A stretch of 64,000 bases of DNA. Source: Candidatus Hecatella orcuttiae (lineage in GTDB: Archaea > Thermoproteota > Bathyarchaeia > Hecatellales > Hecatellaceae). Of this stretch, positions 28,848 through 37,414 are shown one piece after another; the stretch's first letter is position 1, and each line of letters begins with the position of its first letter. A program made the position numbers and the translations under genes. Under the pieces are notes generated by a model. That model was not told the DNA's origin. It did no database searches and was given only the letters and a program-made list of their open reading frames with translations. The stretch spans positions 320,001-384,000 of the forward strand of contig MTLY02000001.1 in assembly GCA_002011035.2 (NCBI GenBank), given 5' to 3'.

Positions 28848-28913
28848 TGCATTTTTCACCTCCCTTTTTTCTGGGTATTTGTTTCATCACGCCCCTCCTC
28901 GGCGCTCGATGAG

Positions 28914-28977
28914 TGTACCCTTCAAGCATCTCCGCCCCTCATCAACATGGTTCAGGGCAGCGGCTTGGCTGAAGGGT
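28914..28977 (-). ncRNA. Box H/ACA-type guide in mttC-mttB spacer; pocket resembles mttB amber context
   Basis: ACCCUUCAG/UUGAAGGGU then ACA; CUGCCCU-GA / GA-GGGGCGG K-loop; pocket CCAAGCC + GAUGC. Confidence 0.8.
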
Positions 28978-28993
28978 TAAACCGGATGATGGG

Positions 28994-29644
28994 TCATTTC
29001 TTTTCCAGAAGTTCTTTAGCCTTGTTCACAGCGTCGACAGCATCTTCTCCTCGAGCGTCAGCACCGATGACTTTAACCCAGTCAGCGGTAACCGGCGCGC
29101 CTCCGACCATGTAGACTACTTTGTCCCTGATGCCTGCCTTCTTCAACTCTTCAGCCAAAGTCTTCTGCTCAGGCATGGTGGTAGTCATGAGGGCAGAAGC
29201 GCCGACGATATCAGCGTTGACCTCTTTGGCCTTGTCTACGATGGTTTTAGCCGGTATGTCGCGGCCTAGGTTGAACACTTGGAATCCGGCGGCCTCCATC
29301 ATCACGGCGACGATGTCTTTTCCTAGGTCGTGAACGTCTCCGAGGACTGTGGCTATCACTACTTTGCCTAGGTATTTTCTTTCCTTTCCCGCCTGAAGCT
29401 TAGGCGTCAGCATGACTATCGCTTCCCTCAGAGCATCAGCCGCCATCATGACGTGAGGGAGGTAGAGTTCACCTTTCTGGAAGGCTTCCCCTATCTTCCG
29501 CATTTCTTCGGTGCTGGCGTCGATGGCCGCTAAAGCGTCTATGTCAGACTCGAGGATCTTGTTCACGACAGCCTTCGTGGCTTCCACGTCACCTTCGCGG
29601 ATCGCTGCGCACAATTTACGCAATATTTCTTCTTTTTCAGCCAT
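28994..29644 (-). CDS. mttC: Trimethylamine corrinoid protein
   Basis: GDVHDLGK, SALMTTT, MVGGAP; upstream of mttB. Confidence 0.88.
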   Translation of the reverse strand: MAEKEEILRKLCAAIREGDVEATKAVVNKILESDIDALAAIDASTEEMRKIGEAFQKGELYLPHVMMAADALREAIVMLTPKLQAGKERKYLGKVVIATVLGDVHDLGKDIVAVMMEAAGFQVFNLGRDIPAKTIVDKAKEVNADIVGASALMTTTMPEQKTLAEELKKAGIRDKVVYMVGGAPVTADWVKVIGADARGEDAVDAVNKAKELLEKK

Positions 29645-29861
29645 AGGAGAACAACCCCTGTCGTTTCACCCCCAACTAGTAAACATTGTTTGCATTAAAA
29701 AATTTTTCCAGCTACTACTTTTCTGGTAGCGGGGAAGCGGCAGAAAAATTGAGCGGTTTAAATAATTAATGTAAGCAGATTCAAAAAAATCTCTGATTTA
29801 GATAAACCAATTTATAGGGGAAAGATAAAAGTACAAATTGGTGAACTGCGAAAAAATTGAT

Positions 29862-29929
29862 GGGGGATCGGCCGGGGGGCCACAAGAGTTCTAACCTCTT
29901 GGAGCCGGGTTCGACTCCCGGATCCCTCG
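29862..29929 (+). tRNA. pylT: tRNA-Pyl (anticodon CUA at 29891-29893)
   Basis: GGGGGAU/AUCCCUC acceptor, single C linker, GGCC-GGGG-GGCC D arm, 6-bp CAAGAG/CUCUUG anticodon stem, 3-nt variable loop, CCGGG-UUCGACU-CCCGG, G discriminator, no encoded CCA. Confidence 0.95.
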
Positions 29930-29969
29930 GCACAGGAAAAGGGCTTATTTAAAATCTATGTGAGCTTCC

Positions 29970-30812
29970 ATGGGCGATTCCTCCATCACCTTTACCCCCA
30001 GCCAAAAGCAGCGTTTGATAGAGCTTGGTGCTGAGCTCAGCAAACTGGAAGCTTCTTTTACCTCCCCCAGAGAGCGGGAAAAGGTTTTCAACAGCCTAGC
30101 TGAGAAGCTTACGAGAAAAAACCGGGAAACGATAAAGAAGCTGAAGGACAGCGGAAAAAGGCCTCCCCTTAAAACCGTTGAAAGTAAGCTGGTGAACGTT
30201 TTAACCTCTCTGGGGTTCGTTGAGGTTGTCACTCCCACGATAATTCCGAAGACCTTCATCAGCCGAATGGGGATCGAAAAGGAAAGCAACCTCTGGCAGC
30301 AGATACTCTGGCTGGACGGCCGGCGATGCCTCCGCCCCATGCTGGCACCTAACCTATACTTCGTAATGGGGAAGCTTAGAAGATTCTGGAAGCCTGTGAG
30401 GATATTCGAGGTTGGATCCTGTTTTCGAAAAGACACTCGGGGGTCCTTCCACACCGAAGAGTTCACCATGCTCAATTTCGTGGAGTTAGCTCCTGATGCA
30501 AACCCTCGGGAACGTTTGGCGGAGCTGATAGCCAAGACTATGGGAGGCCTCGGCATCGGATCCTACGAGGTTCGATCTGAAAGCTCAGAAGTCTACGGGG
30601 AAACCTTAGATGTCTTGGTCAAAGATGTGGAGATAGGCTCCGCTGCCATAGGGCCTAAGCCCATGGATGTCAACTGGGGCATCGTTGACCCTTGGGTAGG
30701 GTTGGGCCTCGGCATTGAAAGAGTAGCCATGGTGACAGGGAACCATCACCCCATAGCGAGGGTGAGTAGAAGCCTCATATACCTCAACGGCGCTAGGTTG
30801 GATATCAAATAG
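29970..30812 (+). CDS. pylS: Pyrrolysine--tRNA ligase, catalytic domain only (no N-terminal domain)
   Basis: LRPMLAPNLY, FEVGSCFRKD, EEFTMLN, VYGETLDV, 280 aa, directly after pylT. Confidence 0.95.
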   Translation: MGDSSITFTPSQKQRLIELGAELSKLEASFTSPREREKVFNSLAEKLTRKNRETIKKLKDSGKRPPLKTVESKLVNVLTSLGFVEVVTPTIIPKTFISRMGIEKESNLWQQILWLDGRRCLRPMLAPNLYFVMGKLRRFWKPVRIFEVGSCFRKDTRGSFHTEEFTMLNFVELAPDANPRERLAELIAKTMGGLGIGSYEVRSESSEVYGETLDVLVKDVEIGSAAIGPKPMDVNWGIVDPWVGLGLGIERVAMVTGNHHPIARVSRSLIYLNGARLDIK

Positions 30813-30816
30813 GGCT

Positions 30817-31926
30817 GTGGAATTGATGCCCCTGACGAGCACCGCCTTGAAGGGCGAGGCTTCCCGCGAGGTTCAGGAAATTCTGGCAAAAGCCGCTGAG
30901 GGAAACTTAGAGGAGAAGGACGCCCTACGCTTGATGAAAGCCGAAGGCATAGACGACTTGTTCGCCCTGTTCAACACCGCCCATGAGATAAGAAAACGAC
31001 AGTTCGGCGACAAGGTTTTCGCCTACGGCTTCGTCTATTTTTCCACCTACTGCCGGAACAATTGCTCCTTCTGCCTTTACCGGCGTGCAAACCGGTGTGC
31101 TCCCCGCTATAGGAAAAAAGCAGACGAAATAATGGAGATAGCGGAGATGTTGAAGAAGTCGGGAGTGCACCTCATCGACTTAACCTCGGGGGAAGACCCT
31201 CAAATCCATTCGGAGAAAGGGTACCGCAGACTGTTGAGCTACGTGGAGAGGCTGAAGAAGGAATTGGACATGCCTCTCATGGTTTCACCGGGGGTTTTAC
31301 CGAAAACCGTTCTCAGGGAGTTGGGAAGAAAAGGTTTGGACTGGTATGCCCTCTACCAGGAAACCCACAACCGCCTTCTTTTCTCCAAGCTCCGCTGCCG
31401 CCAAGACTATGATGAAAGGATGAAAGCCAAGACCTACGCCAGAGAAGAGGGAATGCTTATTGAGGAGGGAATTCTCATCGGTGTAGGCGAAAGCAGGGAA
31501 GACGTGGTCGATTCCGTCTACCAGATGAAAAAGATGAAAGCCCACCAGGTTAGAGCCATGGGCTTCATACCTCAGAGAGGAACTCCTATGGAAAGCCGCC
31601 CCTCGCCGCCGATTCTCGAAGAAATGAAGGCCATATCTTTGATGCGCCTTGTCCACCCAGATAGGCTGATCCCAGCTTCCTACGACATCGACGGTCTTAA
31701 AGGCCTAGGCCTACGCCTGATGGCTGGGGCCAACGTGGTGACCTCCCTGATACCTCCAAGGTTTCACCTCCGGGGAGTAGCCCAGGCGGAGTTGGATGTG
31801 GAAAGCAGCCTGCGAACGCTTTCTGGCGTAAAACCCTACCTCCAAAAGCTGGGATTGGAGGTAGCTTCCCTGAAGAGTTACAGGAAATGGATTGAAGAAG
31901 AGAAAGCTCGCCTCCCGGGGAAATAG
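30817..31926 (+). CDS. pylB: Methylornithine synthase (radical SAM)
   Basis: YGFVYFSTYCRNNCSFC, YQET, LIPASYDIDG, GANVVTSLIP. Confidence 0.93.
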   Translation: MELMPLTSTALKGEASREVQEILAKAAEGNLEEKDALRLMKAEGIDDLFALFNTAHEIRKRQFGDKVFAYGFVYFSTYCRNNCSFCLYRRANRCAPRYRKKADEIMEIAEMLKKSGVHLIDLTSGEDPQIHSEKGYRRLLSYVERLKKELDMPLMVSPGVLPKTVLRELGRKGLDWYALYQETHNRLLFSKLRCRQDYDERMKAKTYAREEGMLIEEGILIGVGESREDVVDSVYQMKKMKAHQVRAMGFIPQRGTPMESRPSPPILEEMKAISLMRLVHPDRLIPASYDIDGLKGLGLRLMAGANVVTSLIPPRFHLRGVAQAELDVESSLRTLSGVKPYLQKLGLEVASLKSYRKWIEEEKARLPGK

Positions 31927-31932
31927 GCTTCC

Positions 31933-33141
31933 ATGCCCGTCAAAACCTTATGCATCGCAGGCGGACGGCTTCAGGGAATTGAGGCTGCCTACCTTGCCAG
32001 AAAAGCCGGATACAAAACAGTGCTCGTAGACCGGAGAGCCAAGCCACCTGCCTCAACGCTCGTTGACAACTTCAAGAGACTGGACGTGGCGAAGGATAAA
32101 GGCAGGTTGAAGAAAGCAGTAGAGGAAAGCGACGCAGTCTTACCAGCTCTAGAGGACGAAGAAGCCTTACGGGTTCTGGAAGAAACTTGCTGCCAGGCAG
32201 GGGTTCCCTACCTGCAGGATAACAGCGCCTTCGCCGTCACCTCCAATAAAATCCAGTCTCAGAGCTTCTTCAGGAAAATGGGCCTTCCAACTCCAGAAAT
32301 CTGGCCTCGATGCCGGCTGCCCGTGATAGTCAAGCCCGCTCATGCGAGCGGAAGCACCAGCATATACAAGGTGGAAAGGATAGAGGAGCTGAGCCAAGCT
32401 GTGGATGCTGTGTTGAAGACAGACCGTGAATACCTGATCCAAGAATACGTGGAAGGCCCATCCTTGTCCTTGGAGGTTTTATCCTGGAACGGCGAAGGGC
32501 AGCCTCTTCAGGTCACAGGCCTAGAATTCGACCGAACCTTCGGCTGCAAACGGGTTGTGGCTCCATGCCGGCTTGATAGCTTTCTGGAGGAAGAGATATT
32601 CGAAATGGGAAGGAGGATGGCTGAAGGGCTGAACCTATCGGGTTTAACTGATGTTCAATTAATCCTAGGCCCACAGGGGATCAGGGTCATAGAGATGAAC
32701 GCTAGGCTGCCAAGTCAAACACCTACGGTGGTATACCATTCAACCGGCGTAAACATGGTTGAATTGCTCTGCTCACTTTTCACCCAAGGCAATCTGCGCC
32801 CTGTGAAAATACCCGACCAGAAGGCTGTCATCTACCAGCATGTGAAAATTGAAGGAAAGCAACTGACAGTGACAGGAGAGCACAGCCTCTCGGACGCTGA
32901 AGGCTTGAGGTTTGAGAAAAACTTCATGGGAGCGGATGAAGCCGTCACCAACCTCAACCCTGAGGGGGAGGCTGAAGGATGTGTAGCAACATTGATAACC
33001 GTGAGCCGTCGCCTCCGAGACGCGAAAAAGAAAATGGAAAAATCCGTGAACTCCCTTCGACACCGTTATGGGCTCACCGGCTTCTCTGACCCCTCACCAG
33101 AAGGTTTGAGGCAGAAGTTCTATGACGAGATTGACTCCTGA
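31933..33141 (+). CDS. pylC: 3-methylornithine--L-lysine ligase (ATP-grasp)
   Basis: GGRLQGIEAAYLA, QEYVEGPSLSLEV, EMNARLPSQTP. Confidence 0.93.
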   Translation: MPVKTLCIAGGRLQGIEAAYLARKAGYKTVLVDRRAKPPASTLVDNFKRLDVAKDKGRLKKAVEESDAVLPALEDEEALRVLEETCCQAGVPYLQDNSAFAVTSNKIQSQSFFRKMGLPTPEIWPRCRLPVIVKPAHASGSTSIYKVERIEELSQAVDAVLKTDREYLIQEYVEGPSLSLEVLSWNGEGQPLQVTGLEFDRTFGCKRVVAPCRLDSFLEEEIFEMGRRMAEGLNLSGLTDVQLILGPQGIRVIEMNARLPSQTPTVVYHSTGVNMVELLCSLFTQGNLRPVKIPDQKAVIYQHVKIEGKQLTVTGEHSLSDAEGLRFEKNFMGADEAVTNLNPEGEAEGCVATLITVSRRLRDAKKKMEKSVNSLRHRYGLTGFSDPSPEGLRQKFYDEIDS

Positions 33142-33949
33142 GATTTTAAAGCCCATCCCCGAGACGGTTCCCCGATTTGATGAGGAGTTAAAAGCTAAAA
33201 TCGGCGTCAGCCTTCTGGAAGCAGCCCTCCGCGCAGCCGACTGCGGTGCAGCCGTAGAGAGGGCGTTGAAACGCTGTCGGGCCGCCGTTGTACCCATAAC
33301 TTCCGGGGAAGGCATCATTCCCGGCTTCGCTGAGGCTGTGGCATCCACTCTCCGCCATTTGGGATTGCAGGCTGAGCCAACCCGGAATTCGGACGTTCGG
33401 GGGTTCATCGAGGCTTTGGAGAAAAAATGTCAGCTCCTCTTCGCCGCCGACGACCATGTTTTCGCAGGCATGAACCTTCGAAATTTTAAGGTAGTGGACA
33501 ACGCCCCTGCCACCGGCCGAGGCTATGCGGCGGTTTTGGAATTAAAGCTAAAGGAGAAAAGTAAGTGCGCAGCAGTCATCGGAGTGGGAAAGGTGGGCTC
33601 CGCCGCCGTCGCTTATCTAGCTGGAAGAGGGTTTCCGGTTTATATCTACGATTCAAACCGCGCCAAAGCTGAGCATGTGAAAAACACGAACCCGGGGAGA
33701 AACATTCAGGTATGCAGCTCTGTGGAAGAATGTTTCAGCAAAGCTAGGGGAGTCATCTTGGCAGCTCCAGCCGCCAACTTGGTGACGGAGGCCATGGTGG
33801 ACGAAGACACCGTGATAGCCGCCCCGGGGATTCCTTTGGGACTCACAGCGGAGGCAAGGCGGAAGCTTCCTGAGAGGAATCTTATCCACGAACCTCTCAT
33901 GCTGGGAGTGGCGACTATGGCGGTGGAGCTTCTCAAACCTAAACCCTAA
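33122..33949 (+). CDS. pylD: Pyrrolysine synthase (dehydrogenase)
   Basis: MTRLT, VPITSGEGII, ADD, DNAPATGRGY, GVGKVG, IHEPLMLGVATM. Confidence 0.93.
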   Translation: MTRLTPEILKPIPETVPRFDEELKAKIGVSLLEAALRAADCGAAVERALKRCRAAVVPITSGEGIIPGFAEAVASTLRHLGLQAEPTRNSDVRGFIEALEKKCQLLFAADDHVFAGMNLRNFKVVDNAPATGRGYAAVLELKLKEKSKCAAVIGVGKVGSAAVAYLAGRGFPVYIYDSNRAKAEHVKNTNPGRNIQVCSSVEECFSKARGVILAAPAANLVTEAMVDEDTVIAAPGIPLGLTAEARRKLPERNLIHEPLMLGVATMAVELLKPKP

Positions 33950-34084
33950 GCTATCGGTGTCTGAAAAACCAGCAACCCCTCTAAGATTATTACCTTACCC
34001 TTGCTTTTCAGCTTAAGGAAATATGAAAGAGAAAAATACAGAGGGTAGTAGGGGAGACTGGGCGGAAATAAAAGAGAGAGGTGT

Positions 34085-35476
34085 TTAGAAGGTGAACTTC
34101 AACCCTAGTCCTTCCAAGGTCTCCACAGCCTTCCCGTAGACCTCCACGTACTCCGGTGTAGGAGTCACTTTAACCACGTCGTAGCATTGCTGGAATGTCT
34201 TACCCTGAGGCGGGTTCCTGTAGTTTCCCTCGTAAAGGGATATCAGCTTGTCCAAGATCTCGTTCACAGTCTCCACCTTCATCCCAGCCACAGCCTTGGC
34301 AGCTTCACCCATAATCCTCGCCTCCATACCTGTGGTGTAATCCAAGGCCACACCCTTAGCCGCAGCGGACCCAGACATCAGCTCCCGGCCGCTGCCTGTG
34401 TCCGTGATGGCCTGCGCAGCCGTTTCCAGGAGACACATCTCCGTGCAAGGCTGGGCTAGAGGATAGTACTGGTTGGAAGTCAACAGGTGCGTGTTGGCGT
34501 CGATGGCCATGTTGCAGTGCCCAGCCACCGTCAAGGGCTCCCGGGCGGTGGTGATCCCCCACCTGACATGAACAGGCCCGTCTAGGTGGAAGTCGGCGTT
34601 GCAGATGGTGAAGGCGATGAGGTGGGAGGACACGTCCACGATGGTGGTTTCCTCCAAGCCGCCGGCGTAGCCGCCGAAAGTGGGCATCTGCTCGATCATG
34701 ATGATGTCGCCGTTCATGATCCACCCTGCTATCATCTGAAGCCCTCCTAGGTCCACCTTCAACTCGTTGAGCAGGGACATTTCATGGGGGTCAGACGCCC
34801 TCATGCCGCCTTCGAAGTCGGCGGCAATTCGCCCCGCAGGGCTTAGGGGCGTCTCTGGTCCCTATAAGCCCATGCCAGGCCTGCCCACCTTATGGCAGGC
34901 TTGCCTGACTAAAGCGACCTCCATTCTTGTCCCTTTGATTTCCCAAGGCGAGTTGGGGAAGGGCTCGTTTCCTTCCACGGTGTTCATCACTCCGCTGACA
35001 ATACAGTCGACAATGGCTTCCTGAGCGTAGCTTTGCATCATGGGAAGGAAAATTTCCTCCGAAACCGGAGCGCCTGTAGGTCCGCCTTGGACGATAGGCC
35101 ATCGGGAGTCTTGAGGAGACCTGGGAACCATGTCCACGGCGTCCCTTCCTTCGCCGATGACCAGCTTATCAGGGGCTTTCTTGATGGCCTCCTTGACCTC
35201 TTCCTCGGTGACTTTTATAACCCGACCGGTGTTGATGCAGTAGACGCCGTTCTGAACCAGCATCTCCATGCCGGCTAGGAACAGGCTGTTGATGGTGTCC
35301 TTGTCGGTGGGTATGACTTCCTTTTCATTGAACTTTATCCCGTATTTCTTCTTGAGCGCCGACGCGCTTTGAGGGATAATTTTAAAGTCCCATTCTTTTT
35401 CGGAAACCTTAGGCCCTGTCTTAGCTCTGTTGAAAGCTTCAAACACGTCTACCGGTCTTTCCACAACTTTTTTCAA
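34085..35476 (-). CDS. mtmB: Monomethylamine methyltransferase with pyrrolysine (in-frame TAG 34864-34862, codon 205), 463 aa
   Basis: GRPGMGL-TAG-GPETPLS...LNELK...PCTEM...TGMEAR continuous frame. Confidence 0.95.
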
Positions 35477-35507
35477 TTTCTCACCTCCTTTCCCTTTGAT
35501 TTTTAAC

Positions 35508-35569
35508 TGTCTCTTTTACCCTTTAGCACACCCTCATGCTCAGTCGGGCATGCGGGTTTGGTAAAAGAG
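35508..35569 (-). ncRNA. Box H/ACA-type guide in mtmC-mtmB spacer; pocket core matches mtmB amber context
   Basis: CUCUUUUACC/GGUAAAAGAG then ACA; GCAUGCCC-GA / GA-GGGUGUGC K-loop; pocket AAACCC + UAAAG. Confidence 0.8.
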
Positions 35570-35574
35570 TTGCA

Positions 35575-36225
35575 TCATCTACCAACTAGGTTTTTGGCTA
35601 CCTTAACCGCTTCCGCTGCATCCGCCGCGTAGCCGTCGCCGGCAATCTGCTCCACATACTCCCTTGAAACCGGCGCCCCTCCGTGGAGAGTTTTAACCCT
35701 GTCTCTTAACCCTGCCTCCTTCAGAGCGTCCACTATTTCTTTTTGAGCCGGCCTGGTGGTGGTCATCAAGGTTGAGGCGGCGACGATGTCGGCGTCGATC
35801 TCCTTAACCTTCTTCAGAAACTCTGCGATGGGGACATCTCGGCCTATGTCTACAACCTCAAAACCTGCCCCTCGCAGCATGGTGGCCACGAGGTTTTTGC
35901 CGATTTCATGGATGTCCCCCTCCGGTGTGCCTATGACAACTTTCCCCAGTTTGGCTTTCTCCGCCTGAGCGGTGGTCATTTTTTCCTCCAGTATTTTTGT
36001 GGCTTCGCTCATGGCATCGGCTGCCAGCACTATTTGGGGAAGGTATAGTTCCCCTTTGTCGAAACGGTCTGAAATGGTCTCCATTCCTTTCGCGAGGCCT
36101 TGGGTGATAGCTTCATAGGGGTCAATGCCGGCTTTAAGGGCTTCTTTAGCTCCCTCGACAGCCGCAGACACGTCCATCTCTTCGATAGCCCGCTTTAGTT
36201 TATTAAATATCTCTTCTTTGGACAT
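35575..36225 (-). CDS. mtmC: Monomethylamine corrinoid protein
   Basis: GDIHEIGK, STLMTTT, GGAPV; upstream of mtmB; ATG 36225 preferred. Confidence 0.88.
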   Translation of the reverse strand: MSKEEIFNKLKRAIEEMDVSAAVEGAKEALKAGIDPYEAITQGLAKGMETISDRFDKGELYLPQIVLAADAMSEATKILEEKMTTAQAEKAKLGKVVIGTPEGDIHEIGKNLVATMLRGAGFEVVDIGRDVPIAEFLKKVKEIDADIVAASTLMTTTRPAQKEIVDALKEAGLRDRVKTLHGGAPVSREYVEQIAGDGYAADAAEAVKVAKNLVGR

Positions 36226-36395
36226 ATAGAACAAATCCTCTTTTCATTCAGCAAGATTTTATAGGCAAATCGCGGGTATTTAAATTTTAGGAACTTGGAG
36301 GATATCGAAGAAAAAGCGTTTTCTGATGGAGATTTTACCGTTAAATGGTAGGCTGCATCTTTACTTCGAAGAAGAAGCTGGTTTCTGTCTCTTCT

Positions 36396-37028
36396 TTATA
36401 TTCTTCCCCTTTTTTCGAGGGTTGTTATGACTTCTTTTATCGTTTTAGGCTCCACATCCAAGCCGTATTTCTCTTTGAATTTTCTGCTGGCTTCCCTGAA
36501 GTTTTTGCAGATGTTAGGGTCGGTTTTAATGGCTCTTTCCATGAGGTTGCAGAGGTCCTCGGTGAGGTTCCACGGGTAAACGAACCACGCCCACCCTCTC
36601 ACCTTGACGGCATAATAATCGGGAATAAACTCGGAGCTAGTGATGTACTGCAGGACGGCTACCTTAAGCTCCTCGGGGTTGAAGCGTTTAATGTACTCGA
36701 CGGAGACCTTCATGCTTTTACCGGTGTCCACGATGTCGTCCACCACCAAGACCTTCCGCCCTCTGAGTTTAAAAGGAACCTTGTAGGGGATGGTTGCCTC
36801 ATCCCTATGCTGCCCTGTGGTGTCCAGCCAATGTTCAACCTTAAGCCCCAAGAGGTTGGTTATGCCTAAGAGGTCGGAGATGATCCTTCCCGGCACAAAG
36901 CCGCTGCGGGCGAGGGCTATGAGCGTATCAGGCCTGTAGCCGGATTTCTCTATCTTGGCCACGAGATTTTTGCACCATCGGTATATTTCATCCCAAGTTA
37001 CTATCCTGCACCGCATCTCCAACGGCAT
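36396..37028 (-). CDS. Purine phosphoribosyltransferase (HGXPRT-like)
   Basis: LVVDDIVDTGKS PRPP loop, WFVYPW. Confidence 0.85.
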   Translation of the reverse strand: MPLEMRCRIVTWDEIYRWCKNLVAKIEKSGYRPDTLIALARSGFVPGRIISDLLGITNLLGLKVEHWLDTTGQHRDEATIPYKVPFKLRGRKVLVVDDIVDTGKSMKVSVEYIKRFNPEELKVAVLQYITSSEFIPDYYAVKVRGWAWFVYPWNLTEDLCNLMERAIKTDPNICKNFREASRKFKEKYGLDVEPKTIKEVITTLEKRGRI

Positions 37029-37089
37029 GATCTCCTCAACCCTGCGAGAGAACTTCCGCCATTTAGGTGGATGAACCTTTCCATGGGGT

Positions 37090-37240
37090 TGGTGGGCCCG
37101 TCCGGATTTGAACCGGAGACCATTCCCCGAGGAGGCAGGGCTTGGCCGTTCCTACCTCCCTACAGGTTATGAGCCTGTCGCTCTTTTAGTGGGTATGTCT
37201 CCCTTTGAGGCATACCATAACCTAGCTGAGCTACGGGCCC
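37090..37240 (-). tRNA. tRNA with CAU anticodon (probably Ile2), two non-canonical introns, CCA encoded
   Basis: GGGCCCG acceptor, ACAGG-CUCAUAA-CCUGU, UCCGG-UUCAAAU-CCGGA; ~34-nt insert in D loop (~37184-37217) and ~39-nt insert at variable region (~37122-37161). Confidence 0.88.
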
Positions 37241-37414
37241 TGATCCTAATTGGAGGGATTTACCATTTAAGATTTTTCCGAGAACAACATTAAATCCTGA
37301 CTTACAGCCTACTTCTTCGCCTTTTTCCCCGTTTTCTTTTTACTTCCACACGGCAAACTGTTTCGCCCCCTTTTAATTAACCGATTAAACGAGAGTTAAA
37401 CGTTTCGACTGCCT

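Noticed and set aside
33950-34084. Imperfect hairpin between pylD and mtmB as another guide
   Set aside because: No tandem GA K-turn or correctly placed ACA; probably terminator region
21458-35476. mtbB, mttB and mtmB as split genes or pseudogenes
   Set aside because: Each break is a single in-frame TAG at the known Pyl position, and pylTSBCD is adjacent
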